Positions 56,731-64,000 of a stretch of DNA of 64,000 nucleotides are shown one piece after another. Below the pieces are notes generated by a model that made no database searches, was not told where the DNA came from, and saw only the letters and a program-made list of their open reading frames with translations. Each line of letters begins with the position of its first letter. Position 1 is the first letter of the stretch. The position numbers and the translations under genes are program-made. Origin of the DNA: Thermoanaerobaculia bacterium (lineage in GTDB: Bacteria > Acidobacteriota > Thermoanaerobaculia > Multivoradales > J023); NCBI GenBank assembly GCA_030431255.1, contig JAUIJL010000006.1, positions 155,850 to 219,849 of the forward strand, given 5' to 3'.

Positions 56731-57770
56731 CGTCCCAAAAGCTGATCGCTCCGCCGAAACCGGGCTCACCCTGGCAGCGCTTCTATGGCGGCGTCCACGG
56801 TCTGCGCGCTCGCTACTATCGAAGCCGCGCCCTCAGGCTTCCACGCCCCGTGGTCAGCATCGGCAACTTGCATTGGGGCGGCAGCGGCAAGACCCCCATG
56901 ACCGCGGCCGTGGCCACCCATCTCCGGGATCGAGGCTGGTCGCCCGCCATTTTGTCGCGGGGTTACGGCAGCAAAGGTAAAGGCGTGCGCATCGTCAGCA
57001 GGGGGCAAGGACCTCTGCTCGGCCCGCGGCTGGCCGGTGACGAGCCGGTTTTGCTCGCGGGCATGTTGCAAGGCGTCTCCGTAGTGGTGTGCCCCGATCG
57101 TCACCACGCCGGCGAGCATGCCTTGGAGCGGCTGGACCCGGCCCCCGACATCTTCTTGCTCGACGACGGTTTTTCCCACCTCCGCCTCTACCGCGATCTG
57201 GACATCCTGGTCTTTCCCGCCTCCGACCCCTTTGCCGGCGGTCGACTCCTGCCGTCGGGGCGACTGCGGGAACCGCTGGCCGCCAGCCGTCGTGCCCATG
57301 CCGCCGTCCTCTCCGGCTTTTCCGGCAGCCTCGCCCGGGGCGACGCCCTGGCCAAGGCCCTACGCCCCCACGGTTTTGCCGGACCGGGATTCGTGTCCAG
57401 CACGGTCAGCGAGCCGGCCAGACCCTTCGGTCCAGGACATATCGAGCCCGGGGCCTCGGTCTTCGCGGTCTCCGCTATAGCTCGACCCGAGCGTTTTCTA
57501 GACACCGTGCAAGAGCAGGGTTTCAGGATCGTCGACCACCTGTCTTTTCCGGACCATCATCGCTATTCCGACGCCGCTCTCCAGCAGATTCGGAAAGTCT
57601 TCGAAGGCAGCGGAGCGGAGTGGCTGATCACCACCGGCAAGGACAGGGTCAAGCTCCAGGGTCGTCTCGAGCTGCCGGCCGCTGAGATCCCGGTCCGCGC
57701 CCAACCGGACCCTGAGCTCTTCCACTGGCTGGACCTGCGCTTGGACGAAATCCGAGGCCGCAAACCATGA
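56727..57770 (+). CDS. lpxK: Tetraacyldisaccharide 4'-kinase
   Basis: VVSIGNLHWGGSGKTPMTAAVA...ILSRGYGSKGKG is the LpxK P-loop signature. GTG start overlaps the waaA stop (GTGA). Confidence 0.85.
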   Translation: MTSQKLIAPPKPGSPWQRFYGGVHGLRARYYRSRALRLPRPVVSIGNLHWGGSGKTPMTAAVATHLRDRGWSPAILSRGYGSKGKGVRIVSRGQGPLLGPRLAGDEPVLLAGMLQGVSVVVCPDRHHAGEHALERLDPAPDIFLLDDGFSHLRLYRDLDILVFPASDPFAGGRLLPSGRLREPLAASRRAHAAVLSGFSGSLARGDALAKALRPHGFAGPGFVSSTVSEPARPFGPGHIEPGASVFAVSAIARPERFLDTVQEQGFRIVDHLSFPDHHRYSDAALQQIRKVFEGSGAEWLITTGKDRVKLQGRLELPAAEIPVRAQPDPELFHWLDLRLDEIRGRKP

Positions 57771-58768
57771 CCGATGCTGAGACCGAGCCACGCCGTCGAT
57801 GTTTGGTGGTCTTGCCGGCCGATCTCGGCGCGGCCCTCTGGAGCTTGCCGGCCCTGGCGTCCTTGAGCCGATCCAGAAGGCTGTTGGTGGTGCTCGCCAC
57901 CGAGGATCAGATGGCGATCCTCGACCCGACCCTTCTGCGATGGCGGCTGCGGGACTACCCCAAGCACGTGGCCGTGCCGGTGACCCTGCTGCGGGACACT
58001 GTCACCGCGAAGAGCTTGGCAGCGCTCGCCTTCGACGAAGCCCTCTTCGTGTCGCCCGATTGGCGCGATGTCGGCTTGGCGCGCAAAGCCGACATCCGCC
58101 GCCTGTGGGGCTTCCGCGGAGGCGCGGCAGGATTTCGGCTGAGCCATCCGGTCCCTATGCCCGCAGACCCGCCGGAGCATCGGTCTGAGCGTCTGAAGCC
58201 CTTGGTACGAGCCATGGACGTCGCTTGGCGACCCGTCGAGCTCGACTCGGAGCTTCATATTCCCGAGACCTGGAATAGAGTGGGCAAAGAACGCCTGGAG
58301 AAAGCGCGGCTGAAGGTCGGCGAATCACCCATCGTCGGTGTCTTCATCGGTGGCGACGGGGGAGAAGCTTGGCCCGCCGAGTCGTTCGAAGCGCTCCTGC
58401 AAGGGCTTCGACGACATCATCCGGATTGGCAATTCGTGATCCTCTCCACCGATGCCGAGCTGTGGTCGTCAGTGCTCTTGCACGAGCGCACGGGCAAAAT
58501 CCACCCGGTGATCGGTCCGGAGCTGAGCCTCGACGGGCTGGCCGCGGTATTGCTCCATCTCGAGCTCCTCATCAGCAGCGGCTCCGAGCTGTTGCAGCTC
58601 AGCGCCCTCGTCGGCACTCCGACCCTGGGTCTCTTTCAAAGAAACGGTCGACGTCGGGCACCGCGAGGCAAAAAGCATCGCCACCTGGAGCGCAGCCCGC
58701 TCAAAAGCCTAACGGTCGAGGACGTGCTGGCGGTCTGCGAAGCCATGATGGCGCGTCGGCAAGGCTGA
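57767..58768 (+). CDS. Family 9 glycosyltransferase (LPS heptosyltransferase-like)
   Basis: ATG overlaps the lpxK stop. GT9 architecture (…VVLPADLGAALWSLPALASL…, C-terminal …LISSGSELLQLSALVGTPTLGLF). Sits in the LPS core operon. Confidence 0.65.
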   Translation: MTDAETEPRRRCLVVLPADLGAALWSLPALASLSRSRRLLVVLATEDQMAILDPTLLRWRLRDYPKHVAVPVTLLRDTVTAKSLAALAFDEALFVSPDWRDVGLARKADIRRLWGFRGGAAGFRLSHPVPMPADPPEHRSERLKPLVRAMDVAWRPVELDSELHIPETWNRVGKERLEKARLKVGESPIVGVFIGGDGGEAWPAESFEALLQGLRRHHPDWQFVILSTDAELWSSVLLHERTGKIHPVIGPELSLDGLAAVLLHLELLISSGSELLQLSALVGTPTLGLFQRNGRRRAPRGKKHRHLERSPLKSLTVEDVLAVCEAMMARRQG

Positions 58769-58857
58769 GTCTCCTCCGGGCCACCCATCGGACGGACGAT
58801 TTCTCGGGATCGGGAATTCTCGAAGACCGTTTTCTGTTATCTTCAACGAAGACTCAC

Positions 58858-59210
58858 GGGGGCGCACCGGTTTCGACGGGTAACAGGCAGCTCCGTAGTC
58901 GCGTGCCGGATCCATCCGTTAATTGGAACAAAAACACAAAAGCCAACGATAATTTGGCCCTCGCGGCAGCTTGACCGCGCGTCTTGATGACGAGCCCTGA
59001 TCTACGGCTCCCATCAAGGCGCTACTTAAAGTAGATCAATGGGACGCGGTTGGCTTCGGGCCACGTCCCGGATACTTACCGAAGCTGGCCGAGGGGCCGG
59101 GTTGCTTTCCGCCCAAACTCCTCGGCGAGACAAAAACCGGAAAGCTACGCACGTAGAAGCTGCGGATCTGAGTTGCTCGGACGTGGGTTCGATTCCCACC
59201 GCCTCCACCA
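58858..59210 (+). ncRNA. ssrA: tmRNA (ssrA), standard one-piece; tag reading frame GCC AAC GAT AAT TTG GCC CTC GCG GCA GCT TGA = (A)NDNLALAAA
   Basis: 5' GGGGGCGCACCGGUUUCGACGGG (canonical tmRNA 5' end) pairs with the 3' acceptor strand CGCCUCC + A + CCA, including a G3:U wobble. T-arm GGGUUCGAUUCCCAC. The tag ORF ends in ALAAA and is followed by a stop. Confidence 0.85.
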
Positions 59211-59254
59211 TCTTCCCTTTCCCTCCTTGCTTCACCTCCCCTTGTCGGGAACCC

Positions 59255-59445
59255 TTGCCCGGCACCATTTCGAGAAACGCCTGGCACCTCATACTCGGCC
59301 TCTCTGAAGCCATTTCGAGAAATGCCTGGCACCTCATATTCGGCCTCTCTGAAAGATGCCTGGCACCGCTGAGATGCCATTTCGAGAAATGCCTGGCACC
59401 TCATATTTTGCCTCTCTGAAAAATGCCTGGCACCGCTGAGAAGCT
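59255..59445 (+). repeat. Cluster of ~6 GCCTGGCACC-core repeats, including three ~45-bp units (catttcgagaaa[ct]gcctggcacctcata[ct]tcggcctctctgaa), immediately 3' of ssrA
   Basis: Read directly from sequence; same orientation and same core as the clusters at 27.2, 29.7 and 31.1-31.2 kb. Confidence 0.75.
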
Positions 59446-59495
59446 GAACACGAGCTTTCCGTGCTCAGGATTCCTGGACGTTGCCCGGCGTTGTC

Positions 59496-59840
59496 CTAAC
59501 AGTCGAAGCACACCGGGTTGAGCAGAAGGAAGACCCGGTCGGGCGCACTAGGATCCTGGCCCTGGATGGACAGGGGGTAACTCGCGGTCGACGCAAAACC
59601 TTCGAGCGTGCCCGTCCCCGCATACGTCCCTGGCGCGATGGACCGAAACCACGCCTTTCCCTCGGCGTCGGTGGCTTGTTGAGCACACCGCTCGGAGCTT
59701 GCGATGTAGGGACAGAGCGCCAATGTCACCCCGGCAAGGGCTGACCCCCCGCTTCCATGGCCACCACCTCGAGAGAGTCCTTGTGGCTGAAGATAAAGGC
59801 AGCCTCGCCTTGGAACGAGCGGGCCTGTGCTCGGTAGAGC
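59496..59840 (-). other. Out-of-frame C-terminal segment resembling a carboxypeptidase-regulatory-like/SdrD-B-like beta-sandwich domain; may be a frameshifted continuation of the upstream large gene or a separate short ORF
   Basis: Frame-B translation ...ALAGVTLALCPYIASSERCAQQATDAEGKAWFRSIAPGTYAGTGTLEGFAS... is protein-like (LAG.TV.L...TDA.G...F..L.PGTY pattern). Further upstream in the same frame it turns into an Arg-rich off-frame artefact. Confidence 0.25.
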
Positions 59841-59902
59841 TCCACCGGCTTCTCTGTGCTCGGCTCGAAGGGAATCAGCGGTGGCTTCCAATCCGGGGCC
59901 GG

Positions 59903-62900
59903 CTACGGGGACGACCAAGCCGAGGTGTCGCCGGACTCGAAGCCGTCGGCGAAGAGCTCCTCCAGGGCGCCGAAGAAGAGGACGTCGTAGTAGACGTCGA
60001 AGGCCGTCGTGTCGCCCGGGAGCGCGGCGAAGGTGACCAGGGCCGAGAGCGCCCCGCCCGGGGCCTGGCCGGCGATCTCCACCGCGATCCAGGTCGCACC
60101 GGTGTCGCCGGCAGCGGCGTCGCCGAAAGAGGCGATGGGGTCGCCCTCGCACCCGGCCGCGGAGAAGAGCTCGGCCAGCAGGCCGGCGCTCGCCGGCAGC
60201 GCCCCGGGGGCGTCGACGCGGGCGCGGGCCCGGAGGACCAGATGGGTGGCGTCGACGGGCACACACTGGCTGAGCCCTATCGGTCCCCCGCCGGTGCCGT
60301 CGCTGCGCGAAAGCCGAGCGGAGCCGGACGTGGGGAGCCCGTCGGCGTCGAGCGTGTCGTGGAGGATCGGGCTGCCGAGAGCCTCCACCGTCATCCAACC
60401 GCCCAGCCCCTCGTCGAGGTTCGGATTGCGCAGCAGGTTCGTCGTCGACACGACGAAGTCGAGGACGAAGTCGCCGCCCGGGGCGCCGTCGGCGTCGCCG
60501 TCCAGCGGATCGTCTGCTTCGTCGTGCAGTCCCGCGGCGCAGCCGAGGAGCCGATGGCGACCCTTACCGAGCGCCAGGTCGTCGGCGAGCCAGATCTGGG
60601 CTCGGCGCGGCGTGGCGAAGTACTCCACCCGCTCGATCTCGATCACGTCGTCGGAGGGGGCGACGCCGGCGCAGTCGGAGGTCTCCACCGTGCCGTCGCC
60701 GCCGTCGACGACGAGCCTCCAACTCGCCGGGTTGGTGACGTCAACCGGGTCGATGTCGCCCGCAGGATCGGTCAGTGCCCGGCTGAAATCGACCGCGAGC
60801 TGGGTGATCGGGATCCCCACCACTTCGCCGTCGTCGAGTCGGCCATCGCCCGTGTCGGCGACGGTCGCGACGGCGGTCACGCTCGCCGGAACAGTGGAGA
60901 TGGCGTAGGGACCGGCCGTCGCCACCTCAGTCCAGTTCCCTGCCGCGTCGACCCCGCAAACGTGGGCGTACCAGGTCCCGTCGGCGAGCGTCGGGCTCGA
61001 CGCCTCCGTCGTCGAGGGGTCGACGTCGGCTACCTCGTCACAGGTCCACTGCGGGTCGAGCTCGAAAGCGACGGCATAACCGGCGACGCCGCTCGAGGCG
61101 TCGCTTGAGGCGTCGCTTGAGGCGTCCCAGACGATGTCGATGACCTGCAGCGTCGAGGTGTCGTCGGTCGGGTGGCTGGTGCTGACGAGTCCGGTAACGG
61201 GCGACGGCGGCACCGTGTCGATCCAGAACGGTCCCGCCGTGGCGACCGGGCTCGCGTTGCCGACGGCGTCGGCGGCGCAGAGATGGAAGTACCAGGTGCC
61301 GTCCGCGAGCGGTGGGCTCGAGGTGCCGACGGCGTTCGCCGGCAGGCTCTGGGCGAAGTCGCAGCCCCAGGTCGTGGAGGCATTGAAGGCGTAGCCGTAG
61401 GCGGCGACGCCGGAGAGCGCGTCGATGGCCGCGGTCCACACCACGTCGATCACCGCCTCGTGGCTCGGGGCACCGCCCAGACCATGACTCGGGCTGTCGA
61501 GCGCGGTGGGCGGCGTGGGCGGCGTGGCGTCGACGCGGAAGGGTCCGGCGTGGCTCACGGTGCAGTTGTCGGCGTGGTCGCAGGTCAGGAGATGGGCGTA
61601 GCGGTCGCCGTCAGGCTGGGGATCGGTCGCGGCCCCATGCGGGTCGAGCCCGTGAGGAAAAAAGACGTCGCCGGCGTCGGGAACCGTGTCGGGCGCCGAA
61701 TCGAGGCGGAGGAAGTAGCCGCCGATGCCCGAGCCGGCGTCCTCGTCGAAGGCGCCGGACCACACGAGATCGATCACCGGCTCGACCGAGTAGGTGCCGG
61801 CCATGTGGCTGGTGCTGGTCAGCTCCTCGGGAGCGGTCGGAGCGACCCGGTCGCGCCGGAAGACGGCCAGGGCATCGTCGAGGGTGCCGGTGGCGTAGAC
61901 GCTGAGATCGTCCGGAGAAACGGCCACGGCGGTGGCGCCGTCGAGGCCGTCGATGCCGCCGATGTCGTCGCGCTCGGCCTCGACGGGCGAGAGCGTGCCG
62001 TCGGCCGCGCGCGCGAAGACGACCAGGGCGTCGCCGCCGAAGCCGGTGGCATAGACCAGGGCCCCGTCCGGGCTCACGGCGACGTCGGTGGCGATGCCGA
62101 GGCCCTGGACGCCGCCCGTGCCATCGAGGTGCGCCTCGAGGAAGATGAGCCGGCCGTCGGCCTGGCGCTCGAAGACGGCTAGGCCGTTGTCGTCCTGACC
62201 CGTCACGTAGACGGTGGCGCCGTCGGGCGACACGGCGACGGCGGAGGCACCGGCGAGCCCGTCGATGGCACCGCCATCGACGTGGACCTCGACGAAGCTC
62301 AGCTCACCGGTCAGGGGATCGCGGTCGAAGACCGCCACCGAGTCGCCGTCGAGGCCGGCGGCGTAGAGCTGCTCGCCGCCCGGGGCGAGGGCGAGGGCGA
62401 CGACGCGGCCGAGGCCGTCGACGCCGGGGTCGGAGTCGTTCAGGACGCCTTCGAAGCTCAGCCGACCGTCGATCGGATGGCGCGAGAAGACGGTCAAGGC
62501 GTCGGACTCGCTGCCGGCCACGTAGATGTGCTCCCCGCTCGGACCGATGGCGACGGCGAGCGCGATGGCCCCCTCGAGCCCCTCGACCGTCTCGCTGGTC
62601 TCGACGTCTCGCTGTCCATCGCGTTCGAGCTCGACGAGGGTCAGCGTGCCGTCGGCCGGATCGCGCTCGAAGACCGCCAGGGCGCCGTCGTCGAAGGCCG
62701 CGGCGTAGACGCGGTCGCCGGCGGGCGAGACGGCGACGGCTTCGATGCCGGAGAGCCCCGCCAGGCCTTCGGAGCCGTCACGGTAGGCGGCGACGAAGGC
62801 GAGGCGCCCAGTGCCGTCCTCGCGCTCGAAGACCGTGAGGGCGTCGTCGCCCCGGCCCGCGACGTAGACGTGCCGTCCGTCGGGAGCGACGTCGACGTCG

Positions 62901-63991
62901 ATGGCGCCGAAGAGGCCGTCGACGCCGGCCTCGCCGTCGCGCTGACGCTCGATGAAGGTGAGGAGACGCGGCGCGGCGAGGATGGTGCCGAGGCCGCCGC
63001 CGGGCCGAATGCCCGCACCGATCGGATCTGCGAGGACCAACGTGAAGGTCTCGTCCGCCTCGCTCTCGGCGTCGGCCGGCACCCGGACCGGGATCTCGGC
63101 CTCGAGCTCGCCGGCGGGGATGACCGCGCTCCCCGGTTCGAGCTCGTAGTCTTCGGGTCCCGCGGTGCCGGGGACGGCGGACCAGGAGAACGAGACGTCC
63201 TCGTCCCAGACATGGCTGAGGCGTACCGTGAACGAGGCTTCGACGGCCTCGTTCGGGGGCTCGACCACGGAGAGATTGGTGACGGAGAGTGCCGGCGGAG
63301 TGTCGTCGTCGAGGATCGTCACCTTGGCGACGGGGTCGAGCAGGACGGCCTCCGTGGGGTTCGAGAGCTCGACGAAGAACGCCTCGCCGAGGATCCGGCG
63401 CATCGGGTCCGCCTCCGGCAGGGCGTCGTCGAAGACGGTGACGACGGCGGTCGCGACCGTCTCGCCGGGAGCAAAGGTCGCGACGCCCGAGGCCGCGGCG
63501 TAGTCGTCGCCCGAGACGGCGTCGCCGTCCATCGTCGACCACTCGACGGTGACCGGCTCGTCGGCGGCGAAGGAGAGCCGGAGGGTGACCGGCACCTCGA
63601 GCCCGAAGGGGCCCGCCACGCGCTCGGCCCCGGCCGTGTCGACCACCACCAACCCCGGAAAGCGGGGAACGAAGTTGGTGTCGAGGTCGAGGGCCTGGAC
63701 CTCGCCGGGATCGCCGATCACCGCTTCGCCGGCGAGCGCACCGTCGAGGAAGAGGGTGGCGTCGTCGCCGGGCCGGGCGCGGCCCGGAAGCGCGGGGTCG
63801 GCGAAGTCCATCGGCACCCGCAGCGCGAAGTAGCATGCTCCGACACCGTCGCACGGTCCGAGGAGCGGGTCGCTGCCGAGCTCATAGCTCGCCAGCACCT
63901 CACCGCCCACCGCCAGGGTGACGGTGCCCAGGGTGGCCATGGCGTCGTCGACCGTCGCCGCGCCGTAGATCGTGTGGTCGGGGTCCGGCAA
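59903..63991 (-). CDS. Large secreted/surface multidomain protein: Calx-beta domains + ~7-8 bladed YVTN/lactonase-type beta-propeller + Ig/FN3-like modules (N-terminus probably beyond window end)
   Basis: Calx-beta signatures (VTVFDDALPEADP..., VTILDDDTP). Propeller blades DGRHVYVAGRGDDALTVFER, DGATVYVTGQDDNGLAVFERQ and similar, x7-8. Repeated ...ADGTWY.H.C..DA.GN modules. Ends ...FADGFESGDTSAWSSP. Confidence 0.65.
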   Translation of the reverse strand: MPDPDHTIYGAATVDDAMATLGTVTLAVGGEVLASYELGSDPLLGPCDGVGACYFALRVPMDFADPALPGRARPGDDATLFLDGALAGEAVIGDPGEVQALDLDTNFVPRFPGLVVVDTAGAERVAGPFGLEVPVTLRLSFAADEPVTVEWSTMDGDAVSGDDYAAASGVATFAPGETVATAVVTVFDDALPEADPMRRILGEAFFVELSNPTEAVLLDPVAKVTILDDDTPPALSVTNLSVVEPPNEAVEASFTVRLSHVWDEDVSFSWSAVPGTAGPEDYELEPGSAVIPAGELEAEIPVRVPADAESEADETFTLVLADPIGAGIRPGGGLGTILAAPRLLTFIERQRDGEAGVDGLFGAIDVDVAPDGRHVYVAGRGDDALTVFEREDGTGRLAFVAAYRDGSEGLAGLSGIEAVAVSPAGDRVYAAAFDDGALAVFERDPADGTLTLVELERDGQRDVETSETVEGLEGAIALAVAIGPSGEHIYVAGSESDALTVFSRHPIDGRLSFEGVLNDSDPGVDGLGRVVALALAPGGEQLYAAGLDGDSVAVFDRDPLTGELSFVEVHVDGGAIDGLAGASAVAVSPDGATVYVTGQDDNGLAVFERQADGRLIFLEAHLDGTGGVQGLGIATDVAVSPDGALVYATGFGGDALVVFARAADGTLSPVEAERDDIGGIDGLDGATAVAVSPDDLSVYATGTLDDALAVFRRDRVAPTAPEELTSTSHMAGTYSVEPVIDLVWSGAFDEDAGSGIGGYFLRLDSAPDTVPDAGDVFFPHGLDPHGAATDPQPDGDRYAHLLTCDHADNCTVSHAGPFRVDATPPTPPTALDSPSHGLGGAPSHEAVIDVVWTAAIDALSGVAAYGYAFNASTTWGCDFAQSLPANAVGTSSPPLADGTWYFHLCAADAVGNASPVATAGPFWIDTVPPSPVTGLVSTSHPTDDTSTLQVIDIVWDASSDASSDASSGVAGYAVAFELDPQWTCDEVADVDPSTTEASSPTLADGTWYAHVCGVDAAGNWTEVATAGPYAISTVPASVTAVATVADTGDGRLDDGEVVGIPITQLAVDFSRALTDPAGDIDPVDVTNPASWRLVVDGGDGTVETSDCAGVAPSDDVIEIERVEYFATPRRAQIWLADDLALGKGRHRLLGCAAGLHDEADDPLDGDADGAPGGDFVLDFVVSTTNLLRNPNLDEGLGGWMTVEALGSPILHDTLDADGLPTSGSARLSRSDGTGGGPIGLSQCVPVDATHLVLRARARVDAPGALPASAGLLAELFSAAGCEGDPIASFGDAAAGDTGATWIAVEIAGQAPGGALSALVTFAALPGDTTAFDVYYDVLFFGALEELFADGFESGDTSAWSSP

Positions 63992-64000
63992 GGCGGCGGC

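Noticed and set aside
59041-59210. Initial guess that tmRNA begins at GGGACGCGG (59041)
   Set aside because: This 5' end cannot pair with the 3' acceptor strand CGCCUCC. The canonical 5' end GGGGGCGCACCGGUUUCGACGGG at 58858 pairs perfectly (with G3:U) and places the tag ORF ANDNLALAAA inside the molecule.
27220-59445. The TGGCAC core of the repeats resembles the sigma-54 -24 element (TGGCAC-N5-TTGC)
   Set aside because: No copy has a GC dinucleotide at the required -12 spacing (downstream TGC/GCA elements are offset by 2-3 nt), and the copies occur in tandem arrays rather than once per promoter.
397-63854. Numerous long antisense/out-of-frame ORFs in the six-frame track (e.g. 397..1419, 3355..4464, 5914..7329, 18874..21063, 23446..24942, 44513..46078, 50098..51660, 62778..63854)
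   Set aside because: Their translations are Arg/Gly/Pro/Ala-rich low-complexity strings typical of off-frame high-GC DNA, and each lies entirely inside a gene with clear family signatures on the other frame or strand.

Overview
High-GC (~65-70%) window, apparently from an LPS-producing diderm bacterium (waaA-lpxK-heptosyltransferase operon present). Dense, largely operonic coding with many 1-4 nt start/stop overlaps. Four blocks stand out.
(1) 1-27.2 kb: a large envelope-glycosylation locus built around polyprenyl-phosphate chemistry. It holds a UbiA-family decaprenyl-phosphate phosphoribosyltransferase-like gene (close to mycobacterial Rv3806c) next to a PAP2_C phosphotransferase/phosphatase-like membrane protein. 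It also holds at least five GT-C membrane glycosyltransferases (ArnT/PMT-like, one YfhO-family, one with C-terminal TPR), a CsbB/ArnC/DPM1-like GT2, a second GT2, a flippase-like membrane protein, a SAM methyltransferase, a long Glf-like flavoenzyme, and four LtaS/alkaline-phosphatase-superfamily ('sulfatase-like') proteins, three of them paralogs sharing a C-terminal ...QL+SLGYL tail.
(2) 27.2-31.2 kb: a low-GC islet with a secreted GH5 glycoside hydrolase carrying tandem Cys-rich modules and an IS200-like HuH/Y1 transposase-like gene (RAYT-like). The islet is bounded by clusters of a short same-orientation repeat (core GCCTGGCACC).
(3) 31.2-42.2 kb: housekeeping genes. An MFP + ABC ATPase + two FtsX permeases exporter, queE-queD, acnA, yqgE, an SDR and dut.
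(4) 42.2-55.3 kb: a T4aP-like type II secretion cluster. It has a GspK-like gene, two GspG-like pseudopilins, a TPR-lipoprotein-secretin fusion, PilP/O/N/M-like genes, GspE, GspF, a secreted protein, an anti-sigma factor and an ECF sigma.
Downstream come waaA-lpxK-GT9, then a tmRNA (ssrA, tag ANDNLALAAA) followed immediately by another GCCTGGCACC repeat cluster and a >1360-aa Calx-beta/beta-propeller surface protein that runs off the window. No CRISPR array, rRNA or convincingly identified tRNA was seen.
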